A program made the translations under genes and the position numbers. Under the pieces are notes generated by a model. The model saw nothing but the letters and a program-made list of their open reading frames with translations. It was not told where the DNA came from and did no database searches. Below are positions 24,469 to 34,935 of a DNA stretch of 64,000 bases, piece after piece. The first letter of the stretch is position 1; each line of letters begins with the position of its first letter. This DNA comes from Alphaproteobacteria bacterium (GTDB lineage: Bacteria; Pseudomonadota; Alphaproteobacteria; UBA8366), in NCBI GenBank assembly GCA_965206405.1, contig CBDBJQ010000006.1, positions 857,764 to 921,763 on the forward strand, read 5' to 3'.

Positions 24469-25116
24469 ATGAATCTGAACGAATTACAGGACCGTCCAGG
24501 ATCGCGTCATTCTCGGATCCGCCGTGGACGTGGCATCGGTTCCGGCAAGGGCAAGACCTCGGGACGCGGCCACAAGGGACAGAAATCCCGCGCCGGAGCC
24601 TCTATCAAGGGCTTCGAGGGCGGGCAGATGCCCCTCTATCGTCGGGTTCCCAAGCGTGGGTTCTTCAACTCCTTCCGCAAGCATCTCTCCGAAGTGAATA
24701 TTGGCCGGATACAGAAGGCGATCGACGCCGGCCTGCTCGATTCCACCAACACGGTCGACGGAGAAGCTCTCCTGGCAGCCGGAGTCGTGCGCCGCGTCCG
24801 GGACGGGATCCGGATTCTTGGCAACGGAACCCTGTCGACCAAACTCGTGGTCGAGGCGGAATCGGCATCGAAATCCGCAGCACAGGCGATCGAGGCGGTC
24901 GGAGGGGAACTCAGGCTCACGCGTCCTGCGAAGGACGAATCCAAAGATCCTGGCAAGAAGAACGAAAAGAAGCGGGCCAAGAAAGCCGCAGCGCCGGAAG
25001 AGGATGCTGAACAGGCCGAGGGGGCGGATGCGCCTGCTGGCGACGGGGATGACGCCCAAAGTGACGTCGCCGATGCGGGCGATGATTCTTCGGATAAAGA
25101 GCCTTCGGGCGGCTGA
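24469..25116 (+). CDS. rplO: 50S ribosomal protein L15 with a charged C-terminal extension
   Basis: 215 aa from ATG 24469: MNLNELQDRPGSRHSRIRRGRGIGSGKGKTSGRGHKGQKSRAG...GGQMPLYRRVPKRGF. The tail after about residue 152 is Lys-rich and then Asp/Ala-rich. Confidence 0.94.
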   Translation: MNLNELQDRPGSRHSRIRRGRGIGSGKGKTSGRGHKGQKSRAGASIKGFEGGQMPLYRRVPKRGFFNSFRKHLSEVNIGRIQKAIDAGLLDSTNTVDGEALLAAGVVRRVRDGIRILGNGTLSTKLVVEAESASKSAAQAIEAVGGELRLTRPAKDESKDPGKKNEKKRAKKAAAPEEDAEQAEGADAPAGDGDDAQSDVADAGDDSSDKEPSGG

Positions 25117-25165
25117 GCGGGGGCCGGTATCGGGCCTGATATACTGAAAACCAGAACGGGACATC

Positions 25166-26508
<1,343 letters not shown>

Positions 26509-26512
<4 letters not shown>

Positions 26513-27168
26513 GGCTTGTTTTCTTGGGTCCTCCGGGCTGTGGCAAGGGCACCCAAGCTGGCATCCTGGTCGAACGCCACGCCATTGTGCAGCTGTCGAC
26601 GGGCGAGATGCTGCGGGTCGAGGTCACGTCCGGCAGCTCTCTCGGACAGGACGCAAAGAAAGTCATGGATGCCGGCGGCCTCATGCCGGACAGCATCATG
26701 ACCCGGATCGTCGCCTCCCGGATCGACGAGCCGGATTGCGCCAACGGCTTCGTGCTCGACGGTTTTCCCCGGACACTACCCCAGGCCGAAAGCTTGGACG
26801 GGCTGCTGGCGGAAAGGAATCTGACACTCGATACGGCGATCGAGTTGCAGGTTGATGAGGAGGAGCTTGTCCAGCGGATCTCGGGGCGGTTCAGCTGCGC
26901 CAACTGTGACGCCGGCTATCACGATCACTTCCGGCCCCTGGCGGTCGAGGGAGTCTGCGACCGATGCGGAGCCGGTGAATTCGAGCGGCGTTCGGACGAT
27001 ACCGAGAAGGCGGTCCAGTCGCGGCTCCAGATCTATCGGGAGCAAACCGCTGAAATCATTACCTATTACCGGGATGCGGGGAGGCTTTATGCCCTCGATG
27101 GCCTGGGCGAGATCGAGGAAGTTGCGGGGGCGATAGAGGGTATTCTGGCGCCCCTCAAGAAGTCTTGA
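26509..27168 (+). CDS. adk: Adenylate kinase (long form with a Cys4 lid)
   Basis: 219 aa with a GTG start overlapping the secY stop. P-loop GPPGCGKGTQ; lid CANCDAGYHDHFRPLAVEGVCDRCG. Confidence 0.96.
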
Positions 27169-27183
27169 GGGCGGTTGTGGGGT

Positions 27184-27211
27184 TTGACACGGGGCTTTGG
27201 ATCGTTATGAT
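27184..27211 (+). promoter_or_regulatory. Near-consensus sigma70 promoter candidate for the alpha operon (rpsM-rpsK-rpoA-rplQ)
   Basis: TTGACA (27184-27189), a 16-nt spacer, then TATGAT (27206-27211). This is about 108 nt upstream of the rpsM start. Confidence 0.5.
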
Positions 27212-27318
27212 CAGTTGAATCGGCAGTTCGGGGCGGAATGTCGAGGATTTCGAGTACAGAAAACAGCCGGGCGGGTCTGGAAAGGCCTTTGTCCGCTAAG
27301 CTTTGAGGAGCAGCGATC

Positions 27319-27693
27319 GTGGCGCGCATTGCTGGCGTGAACATCCCGACGCAGAAACGCGTCGAGGTGGCACTGACATACATTCACGGCATTGGCCGTA
27401 GCAAAGCCGCAGAAATCTGCGGCAAGTGCAATATTCCTACAGAACGCAGGGTTCAGGATCTGGGCGAGGATGAGGTCAGCCGCGTCCGCGAGGTCATGAA
27501 CGATTACACGGTCGAGGGCGATCTGCGCCGGACCGTTGCCATGAATATCAAGCGGCTGTTGGATCTCGGTTGCTATCGCGGGGTCCGGCACCGCAAGGGC
27601 CTGCCCGTGAACGGACAGCGCACGCATACAAACGCTCGGACCCGCAAGGGGCCGGCGCGGCCGATCGCCGGCAAGAAGAAGGTAGCCAAGTAA
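27319..27693 (+). CDS. rpsM: 30S ribosomal protein S13
   Basis: 124 aa with a GTG start and GAGGAG upstream: [26 protein letters not shown]... Confidence 0.96.
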   Translation: MARIAGVNIPTQKRVEVALTYIHGIGRSKAAEICGKCNIPTERRVQDLGEDEVSRVREVMNDYTVEGDLRRTVAMNIKRLLDLGCYRGVRHRKGLPVNGQRTHTNARTRKGPARPIAGKKKVAK

Positions 27694-27694
27694 G

Positions 27695-28084
27695 ATGTCG
27701 AAGCCGGCAACACGGGTGCGGCGGCGGGAACGCAAGAACATCACCGCCGGGGTCGCCCATGTAAGCGCCTCGTTCAACAATACCGTCATCACCATCACCG
27801 ATGCCCAGGGCAACACGATCTCTTGGTCGTCGGCCGGTAGCATGGGTTTCAAGGGAAGCCGCAAGTCGACTCCCTATGCAGCCCAGATGGCGGCCGAGAA
27901 AGCCGGGCAACAAGCGATGGAGCACGGCATGCAGACGCTGGAAGTGAACGTCAAAGGCCCAGGGTCGGGACGGGAATCGGCCCTGCGGGCACTGCAGGCG
28001 ACCGGCTTCGCGATCACCAGTATCCGTGACGTCACGCCGGTTCCGCACAATGGCTGCCGGCCTCCCAAGCGTCGGCGAGTCTGA
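27695..28084 (+). CDS. rpsK: 30S ribosomal protein S11
   Basis: 129 aa: ...[46 protein letters not shown]... Confidence 0.97.
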   Translation: MSKPATRVRRRERKNITAGVAHVSASFNNTVITITDAQGNTISWSSAGSMGFKGSRKSTPYAAQMAAEKAGQQAMEHGMQTLEVNVKGPGSGRESALRALQATGFAITSIRDVTPVPHNGCRPPKRRRV

Positions 28085-28200
28085 GATTTAAGTCGGATTT
28101 AACAGGCGGTCCAACGGACGGACCGCCATCCCTGATTGTAAAACCACACGGGTGGGATCGTTCATCCCGGCCGTGCGTTGCCACCACGAGGTAGACCAAG

Positions 28201-29217
28201 GTGATTCAGAAAAACTGGCAAGCACTGATCAAGCCGAAGAAGCTCGACGTTCAGAAAACCGAAAGAACGGAAACCCATGCCACGGTGGTGGCTGAGCCGC
28301 TCGAGCGGGGGTTCGGTCACACGCTGGGCAACGCGCTTCGCCGGGTGTTGCTGTCGTCCCTGCAGGGTGCCGCAGTGACAGGTATCCAGATTGAGGGTGT
28401 TCTGCACGAGTTTTCCTCGATCAACGGTGTCCATGAGGATGTCACTGATATCATCCTGAACATCAAGCAGCTCGCACTGCGCATGCATAGCAACGACACC
28501 AAGCGCATGGCCTTGAAAGCCAAAGGGCCGGCCGAAGTGACGGCCAGCATGATCGAGACCGGGCACGATATCGAAATCCTGAATCAGGATCTGGTCATCT
28601 GCAATCTCGACAAGGGCGCTGCCATCAACATGGAGCTCACTGTCGGCACGGGGCGGGGCTATGTCCCGGCAACGCAGAACAGGCCGGCAGGCACTTCGGT
28701 CGGCTTCATCCCCGTAGATTCCGTCTTCAGTCCGGTGCGCAGCGTGACCTACAAGGTCGAGAACAGCCGGGTCCAGCAGGTCACCGACTATGACAAGCTG
28801 TCGCTCACGGTTGAAACGAACGGGACGGTGACGCCGGACGACTCGGTGGCGCTGGCGGCGCGCATCCTGCAGGACCAGATGCAGATGTTCGTGAACTTCG
28901 AGGATCCCCAGGCCCGTATCGAGGATCGCGCTGCATCCGAGCTGCCCTATAACAGGCATCTTCTCAGCCGGGTTAACGAGCTCGAGCTGTCGGTCCGGGC
29001 GGCCAATTGTCTACGCAATGACAACATCATCTGGATTGGCGATCTCGTGCAGAAAACCGAGAGCGCATTGATGCGGACGCCGAATTTCGGCCGCAAATCT
29101 CTGGAAGAGATCAAGGAAGTTCTCGAAGGAATGGGCCTCAGCCTTGGTATGGAGGTTCCCGACTGGCCGCCGGAGAACATCGAAGCCCTGGCCAAGAAAA
29201 TAGACGAGCTGTACTGA
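28201..29217 (+). CDS. rpoA: DNA-directed RNA polymerase subunit alpha
   Basis: 338 aa: [15 protein letters not shown]...[29 protein letters not shown]...[45 protein letters not shown]. Confidence 0.97.
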   Translation: MIQKNWQALIKPKKLDVQKTERTETHATVVAEPLERGFGHTLGNALRRVLLSSLQGAAVTGIQIEGVLHEFSSINGVHEDVTDIILNIKQLALRMHSNDTKRMALKAKGPAEVTASMIETGHDIEILNQDLVICNLDKGAAINMELTVGTGRGYVPATQNRPAGTSVGFIPVDSVFSPVRSVTYKVENSRVQQVTDYDKLSLTVETNGTVTPDDSVALAARILQDQMQMFVNFEDPQARIEDRAASELPYNRHLLSRVNELELSVRAANCLRNDNIIWIGDLVQKTESALMRTPNFGRKSLEEIKEVLEGMGLSLGMEVPDWPPENIEALAKKIDELY

Positions 29218-29274
29218 CGGCTCAGAAGACTGCACTGGCCCGGGATATTTCGCCGGGTTGTCGGGAGGTATGCC

Positions 29275-29700
29275 ATGCGTCATGGAATGAGTGGACGCAA
29301 ACTCAACAGGACGAGTGAGCATCGCAGGGCGATGTTTGCCAATATGGCGGCGTCCCTGATCAAGCACGAGCAGATCACGACGACCGAAGCCAAGGCGAAA
29401 GACCTGAAGCCGATCGTCGAGAAACTGATAACTCTCGGCAAGAAGGGCGGGCTGCATCACCGCCGTCGCGCCGATTCCTTTCTCCGGGACGACGCCATGA
29501 CGGGGAAGCTGTTCTCTGTCTTGGCTGGACGCTACGCCAACCGCAATGGTGGATATGCGCGCGTCCTGAAGGCGGGGTTTCGCTATGGGGACAGTGCGCC
29601 GATGGCAGTGGTCGAGTTGATGGACAGGGATCCGGAGGCCAAGGGCGCCGATTCGGGTCCGACTCAGGAGCAGTCGACCGAAGTGGCAGAGGAAACCTGA
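29275..29700 (+). CDS. rplQ: 50S ribosomal protein L17
   Basis: 141 aa: [46 protein letters not shown]... It has a short acidic tail. Confidence 0.96.
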   Translation: MRHGMSGRKLNRTSEHRRAMFANMAASLIKHEQITTTEAKAKDLKPIVEKLITLGKKGGLHHRRRADSFLRDDAMTGKLFSVLAGRYANRNGGYARVLKAGFRYGDSAPMAVVELMDRDPEAKGADSGPTQEQSTEVAEET

Positions 29701-29798
29701 GGAGAATTCTCCTGAGGGAAATTCGGGACCGTCCCGGGAATTTTTCTGCTGGGCCGTATCTAGCCCTCCTGACGGTTGCATTCCTGTCTGCGGCGATC

Positions 29799-31151
29799 TT
29801 GGCTGCCCCGGCTCCGGCGACCGGACAGGTTTCACGGGATGCCCCGCCGCGCATTGCAGCAGGCTTCTCCTATGCGCCGATCGTCCGTAATGTCGGCCCC
29901 ACGATCGTCACCATCTACGCCAAAAAGATCGTCGAACGCCGCGTCAGCCCGTTCTTCGACCGTTTTTTCGGCTCTCCCTTCGGAGAGGGTTTCCCGGGTC
30001 TGCGCAGGCGCGGGGTCGAGAATTCGCTTGGCTCCGGCGTCATCGTGCGCCCCGAGGGTCTTGTCGTCACCAACAGTCACGTCATCGAGGGTGCACAGGA
30101 CATCACCGTCGTCCTGTCCGACCGACGCGAGTTTCCAGCAAAAATCCTGCTTTCCGACGATCGTACCGATATCGCTGTCCTGCGCATCGATGTTGATGAG
30201 AATCTTCCGGCCGCGATTTTCGCCGATTCCGAAAGCCTCGAGGTGGGCGATGTCGTCCTTGCCCTGGGAAATCCTTTCGGGGTTGGTCGCACCGTGACCA
30301 GTGGCATCATCTCAGCCCTGGCCCGGACGTCGGTTGGCGGTGCTGACTATCGTTTCTTCATTCAGACGGACGCTGCCATCAACCCCGGGAATTCTGGTGG
30401 CGCGCTGGTCGACATCAACGGCAATCTAGTCGGCATCAACACCATGATCTACTCGCGTGACGGAGGCTCGCTCGGTATCGGTTTTGCGATTCCAAGCAAT
30501 CTGGTCCGGATTGTCGTCAACAGCGCAGCCAAGGGCGACCCGCTGGTGCGACCATGGTTGAGCCTTTCCGGCCGCGCCGTGGATGCGGATCTCGCAGCGG
30601 CGCTGGGAATGAAGTTTCCTGCCGGCATGCTGGTTGAGCACGTCATTCCGGGAGGTCCGGCGGAGCGCGCCGACATCAGACCAGGGGACGTGATTCTGTC
30701 GGTCGAGGAAAGGCCGATTGAGGACAAGCAGACTCTTCGCTTCCATCTCGCCGTGCGGCCTCTCGAGGAGAGCGTCAGGATGCGGATAATGCGCGACGGG
30801 GACATCCTGACAGCGGATTTCACCCTGGTTCCGCCGCCCGAGGATCCGCCGCGCAACGAGACCTTGCTGGATCAACCCCATCCATTGTTCGGAGCGACCG
30901 TTGCCAACATGTCTCCGGCGCTGGCGGCGGAAACGGGGTTCGATGAGACGGTGATTGGTGTCGTGATCCTCCAGGTAGCGAGAAATTCCCCCGCTGCCCG
31001 CTATGGTTTCCGAAGCGGTGATATCGTCCTGGGTGTCTCGGGGCAACGGATCGAACGTGTGCGCGATCTGGTTGCGGCACTGGCCGATGAGGGCCGGTCG
31101 TGGCATTTCATTATCCGGCGCGACGGCAGGACGATTGAGATGCGGATGTAG
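29799..31151 (+). CDS. HtrA/DegP/DegQ-family periplasmic serine endoprotease (protease domain plus two PDZ-like regions)
   Basis: Triad contexts TNSHV (His), DIAVLRI (Asp) and GNSGGALVD (Ser). The coordinates use the first canonical start (TTG 29799). The true start is probably upstream and non-canonical, because the in-frame signal-peptide-like sequence lies at 29757-29816 (see findings). Confidence 0.9.
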   Translation: MAAPAPATGQVSRDAPPRIAAGFSYAPIVRNVGPTIVTIYAKKIVERRVSPFFDRFFGSPFGEGFPGLRRRGVENSLGSGVIVRPEGLVVTNSHVIEGAQDITVVLSDRREFPAKILLSDDRTDIAVLRIDVDENLPAAIFADSESLEVGDVVLALGNPFGVGRTVTSGIISALARTSVGGADYRFFIQTDAAINPGNSGGALVDINGNLVGINTMIYSRDGGSLGIGFAIPSNLVRIVVNSAAKGDPLVRPWLSLSGRAVDADLAAALGMKFPAGMLVEHVIPGGPAERADIRPGDVILSVEERPIEDKQTLRFHLAVRPLEESVRMRIMRDGDILTADFTLVPPPEDPPRNETLLDQPHPLFGATVANMSPALAAETGFDETVIGVVILQVARNSPAARYGFRSGDIVLGVSGQRIERVRDLVAALADEGRSWHFIIRRDGRTIEMRM

Positions 31152-31225
31152 CGGGCAGGTGATGGCCTGCCAGACGTATCCGTATCAAATGCGCCTGTAT
31201 CAAAAAAAAGAAGTAAGCATCTGCG

Positions 31226-32581
31226 ATGGCAAGGGAGCGCCTCGAGACAGACACCCTGTTTGAAAGCGGTGCGATGCGGCCGCTCGCCGATCGCCTGCGC
31301 CCGACCAGCCTTGAGGAGGTGCTTGGCCAGGATCACCTGATTGGCGCCGATGGCCCGCTGAGGCGAATGGTCGAGGATGAGCGCCTGGCTTCGTTGGTGC
31401 TCTGGGGGCCGCCGGGGTCCGGGAAGACGACCATTGCCCGGTTGCTGGCGAATATGATCTCGCTCGAGTTCGAGCCGCTGTCGGCGGTGTTCTCCGGGGT
31501 TGCCGATCTGCGTAAGGTGTTTGACCGGGCGCGGGAGCGTCGGAGCGGTGGTCGCGGTACTCTGCTCTTCGTTGACGAAATTCATCGCTTCAACCGGGCC
31601 CAACAGGACAGCTTCCTGTCCTGTGTCGAGGACGGAACCGTCGTGCTTGTCGGAGCGACCACTGAAAACCCGAGCTTCGAGCTCAACGGTGCTCTTTTGT
31701 CCCGCTGCCAGGTGTTCGTTCTCGAACGGCTTGAGGACGACGCGCTCGAAGAGCTTGCGGCGCGGGCGGAGGTCGCCGAGGGGCGCGGCCTGCCGCTGAC
31801 ACAGGAAGGCCGGAATGCGCTTTTCAAGATGGCCGATGGTGACGGACGGTTCATGCTCAATCTGTGCGAAGAGCTGATGCACCTGCCGTCAGCAGAATTG
31901 CTCGGGCCGGAAGCACTTTCTGCGGTGGTCCAGCGCCGAGCACCGCTTTACGATAAGAACCGCGAGGGTCACTACAACCTGATCAGCGCTCTTCACAAAT
32001 CCTTGCGTGGCTCGGACGCCGACGCCGCCCTCTACTGGCTTTCCCGGATGCTAGTGGGCGGCGAGGATCCTCGCTACATCGCCCGCCGCCTGCTGCGGTT
32101 CGCCTATGAGGATGTCGGGCTTGCCGACCCGCAGGCCGCGGTGCAGGCTCTGACGGCATGGGAAACCTATGAGAGGCTCGGATCACCGGAAGGGGAACTC
32201 GCGCTTGCCCAGGTGGTCATCTATCTCGGGACCGCGCCGAAATCGAACGCCGCCTACAAGGCCTTCGGAAGAGCCCATCGAACTGCCAGAGAGGGCGATT
32301 CCCTGATGCCGCCCAAGCACATTCTGAATGCGCCGACGGCGTTGATGTCGGGTCTCGGCTATGGTGACGGCTATGCTTACGACCACGATACCGAGGAGGG
32401 TTTTTCGGGTCAGGATTATTTTCCCGAGGGCATGGCGCGGGAGGCGTTCTACGATCCGGTCGAGCGCGGTTTTGAGTGTGAGATTCGCAAACGCCTGGAT
32501 TACTGGAAGCGGCTGCGCGACGAACGTCAGGCGGAAGAGGAATTTGGGTCAGGCCCCTCATCAGAGGAGTCTGATGATTGA
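31226..32581 (+). CDS. rarA: Replication-associated recombination protein A (AAA+ ATPase, MgsA/RarA)
   Basis: 451 aa with Walker A GPPGSGKTT, LFVDEIHRFN and a C-terminal MgsA-type region YDKNREGHYNLISALHKSLRGSD. Confidence 0.93.
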   Translation: MARERLETDTLFESGAMRPLADRLRPTSLEEVLGQDHLIGADGPLRRMVEDERLASLVLWGPPGSGKTTIARLLANMISLEFEPLSAVFSGVADLRKVFDRARERRSGGRGTLLFVDEIHRFNRAQQDSFLSCVEDGTVVLVGATTENPSFELNGALLSRCQVFVLERLEDDALEELAARAEVAEGRGLPLTQEGRNALFKMADGDGRFMLNLCEELMHLPSAELLGPEALSAVVQRRAPLYDKNREGHYNLISALHKSLRGSDADAALYWLSRMLVGGEDPRYIARRLLRFAYEDVGLADPQAAVQALTAWETYERLGSPEGELALAQVVIYLGTAPKSNAAYKAFGRAHRTAREGDSLMPPKHILNAPTALMSGLGYGDGYAYDHDTEEGFSGQDYFPEGMAREAFYDPVERGFECEIRKRLDYWKRLRDERQAEEEFGSGPSSEESDD

Positions 32582-32648
32582 GCCTGTTCTGCCATCGGCA
32601 TAGGGCCTGCCAGATAATTGCGGACTGGCGAGGAGCTGGGGGAAGCGG

Positions 32649-33029
32649 ATGAAACTGGTTTTCGCGATTGCCCTTGGTGGCGCGGTCGGTGCCGTCGCCC
32701 GGCACCTGGTCGGCCACCAGATGGCGGTCTGGCTGGGTGCCGGCTTCCCGTGGGGCACCCTGACCGTCAACGTGGTGGGCTGTTTTGCCATGGGTGCCCT
32801 AGTCGAGACCATGGCCCTGGTCTGGTCGCCGGGGGCCGCCCTGCGTGGGTTTCTGACCGTTGGTCTGCTCGGTGCGTTTACCACCTTCTCCGCTTTCTCG
32901 CTCGATATCGCGCTCCTTCACGAACGTGACGAGATGGGCCTAGCGCTGGCCTATTGCCTGCTTTCGGTCAGCCTCTCCATCGGCGGTCTGTTCGCCGGCC
33001 TCGCGGCGACCCGCCTAGTCTTGCACTGA
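32649..33029 (+). CDS. crcB: Fluoride ion channel CrcB/FEX
   Basis: 126 aa, 4 TM: MKLVFAIALGGAVGAVARH...FPWGTLTVNVVGCFAMG...LGAFTTFSAFS. Confidence 0.9.
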   Translation: MKLVFAIALGGAVGAVARHLVGHQMAVWLGAGFPWGTLTVNVVGCFAMGALVETMALVWSPGAALRGFLTVGLLGAFTTFSAFSLDIALLHERDEMGLALAYCLLSVSLSIGGLFAGLAATRLVLH

Positions 33030-33073
33030 GCCAATATTCGCGTTCTCGATTTTCCTGTAAACTTGGTTCTCCT

Positions 33074-34111
33074 ATGAGCAACACCAGTTTCCGTGAAATT
33101 ACGATCGGCGAAGACGGGGAACGTCTCGACCGTTGGCTGCGCAACCTCCTCCCGCATCTCTCCCACGCTCATCTCCAGAAACTTTTGCGGACGGGCCAAA
33201 TTCGCGTCGATGGGAGCCGTGCCCGACCATCGCTGCGTCTCCGGCAGGGCCAGAATGTCCGTCTGCCGCCCGTTGCGGCATCTCCTGCGCCAGAGGTTGC
33301 GCCACCGGGGGTGCAACCGGGCGGGGAACGATTGGGAGAGACAGGCGCGATGCGGCCCTTTCCGCCGGAGCGGGTTCTTCATATCGATGACGAGATGATC
33401 GTCATCGACAAGCCGGCGGGGCTAGCGGTTCAGGGCGGAAGCGGTCTTCGCGAACATCTCGACGGCATGCTTGATTCCCTGCGTTTCGGCGCCGATGAGA
33501 GACCCCGACTGGTCCACCGGTTGGACAAGGATACGAGCGGTATTCTACTGCTTGCGCGTAACCCCGCAGTTGCACGCCGTCTCGGGGACTTGTTTCGTTC
33601 TTCGCGACTGGTGAAGACCTATTGGGCCGTCGTCGCCGGAGTACCCGAGGTGGGCGAGGCGCTGATCGACATGCCCCTGATCAAACGTCCCCAGCAGCAG
33701 GGGGAGAAGGTAGTCGTGGATCACGGGGACGGGAAGCGGGCCGAAACCCGTGTGCGGATCGTCGAGTGTGTTGGCGACCGCCTCGCCCGGGTTGCCCTCA
33801 GGCCGCTCACCGGACGGACCCATCAATTGCGAGTTCACTGCGCGGCGATGGGCTGGCCCGTTCTTGGCGACGGCAAATACGGCGGCCGCGCCGCCTTTGT
33901 CGGCAGCGTGACCAAAAACAAAACACGGCTTCACCTTCACGCCGCGTCGATCGCCGTCCCGCGGGCTGACGACGCCGGCATGCTGCGCGTTGCGGCACCA
34001 CTGCCGCCGCACATGGCGGCCACCTGGCGTGCGGTCGGTTTTTCCGGGCCGGAAGATGATCCGTTTGGGGGTGGGCCGTTCGGAGATGGATCGTTTGAGG
34101 ACAATGCCTGA
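33074..34111 (+). CDS. RluA-family 23S rRNA pseudouridine synthase (RluC/RluD-like, S4 domain at the N-terminus)
   Basis: 345 aa from ATG 33074. S4-like RLDRWLRNLLPHLSHAHLQKLLRTGQIRVDG and catalytic motif HRLDKDTSGILLLA. The ORF-track start at 32954 overlaps crcB and is rejected. Confidence 0.88.
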   Translation: MSNTSFREITIGEDGERLDRWLRNLLPHLSHAHLQKLLRTGQIRVDGSRARPSLRLRQGQNVRLPPVAASPAPEVAPPGVQPGGERLGETGAMRPFPPERVLHIDDEMIVIDKPAGLAVQGGSGLREHLDGMLDSLRFGADERPRLVHRLDKDTSGILLLARNPAVARRLGDLFRSSRLVKTYWAVVAGVPEVGEALIDMPLIKRPQQQGEKVVVDHGDGKRAETRVRIVECVGDRLARVALRPLTGRTHQLRVHCAAMGWPVLGDGKYGGRAAFVGSVTKNKTRLHLHAASIAVPRADDAGMLRVAAPLPPHMAATWRAVGFSGPEDDPFGGGPFGDGSFEDNA

Positions 34112-34844
34112 AGCCGCCGGGCAGAAGCCGAAGCGTTTTTACAAATCGGTTGGAGCCGAAGCTCGCGCTTCCGGTCATGCAGTGACGCTCGATGGCCGGA
34201 TTCTGCAGACACCGGGCGGCCGCGAACTCCTGTTGCCAACGGCCGCCCTGGCGGCGGCGATCGCGGATGAGTGGGAAGCGCAGGAAGAAGAGATCGACCG
34301 TGCCGTCATGCCGATGACGGGTCTCGCTTCGGCTGCCATCGATCACGATGATCGCGAGAGGATTATCTCGGATATCATGGGCTACGGGGAGACCGATCTT
34401 CTCTGTTACAGGGTAGCGCAGCCCGAGGCTCTGGCCCAACAGCAGGATGCGCTCTGGCAACCCATGCTGGACTGGCTCACGGACGCTCACGGGGCGTCCC
34501 TTGCGGTGACCCGTGACATCCGGCATGTGGCCCAGGACGCCGCCGCCCTGGATCGCCTGCGCGGAGCCGTCAAAACCCTCGATGCGTTCGCTCTCGCCGG
34601 CCTGCGGGTGCTGGTTCTAGGCACCGGCTCGATTGTGCTTGGGCTTGCGGCGCTCGGTGGCCGCCTCGATGCCGGGGAAACGGCGACGCTCAGCCAGCTC
34701 GATGAGACGTTTCAAGCCAAGACCTGGGGAGAAGATCCGGAAGCGGCGGCGCGGCGGGAAGAGATTGGCCGTGAATTCGAAGAGGCGGCACGGTTTCTCG
34801 AGCTGCTTGCTGCCGGCCCGACAAGCGCCTGGAAGCCCGGATGA
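34104..34844 (+). CDS. ATP12-family F1-ATPase assembly chaperone
   Basis: About 246 aa: KRFYKSVGAE...VTLDGRILQTPGGRELLLPTAALAAAIADEWEAQEEEIDRAVMPMTGLA...ETDLLCYR is the ATP12 pattern. ATG 34104 overlaps the upstream stop; ATG 34086 is also possible. Confidence 0.8.
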   Translation: MPEAAGQKPKRFYKSVGAEARASGHAVTLDGRILQTPGGRELLLPTAALAAAIADEWEAQEEEIDRAVMPMTGLASAAIDHDDRERIISDIMGYGETDLLCYRVAQPEALAQQQDALWQPMLDWLTDAHGASLAVTRDIRHVAQDAAALDRLRGAVKTLDAFALAGLRVLVLGTGSIVLGLAALGGRLDAGETATLSQLDETFQAKTWGEDPEAAARREEIGREFEEAARFLELLAAGPTSAWKPG

Positions 34845-34935
34845 CGCCCGGGCGACCGAAACCGGCGGTGTGCGCTTATTGTCTGCCCATTGAGGGGCGA
34901 TAGACTGCGTTGTTTGCGGTCAGGAGACGGAATTC

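Noticed and set aside
26860-26960. Cys4 zinc-lid (CANC...CDRC) in adenylate kinase, considered as an unusual feature.
   Set aside because: Cys4 lids are a well-known variant of bacterial Adk, common in Gram-positives and also reported in some Gram-negatives. This is not novel.
28105-28127. Perfect 8-bp hairpin GGCGGTCC/GGACCGCC between rpsK and rpoA, considered as a terminator.
   Set aside because: No U-tract follows, and rpoA is normally co-transcribed with rpsK. It is more likely an mRNA processing or stability element, and it cannot be supported as a terminator.
32521-32648. Possible fluoride riboswitch (crcB motif) upstream of crcB; a CTGATGAT string occurs at about 32570.
   Set aside because: I could not find the paired GGnGATG... 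5' element or the pseudoknot partners. The candidate string lies inside the rarA coding end, and the spacer is only 67 nt. A cmsearch with RF01734 would settle it.
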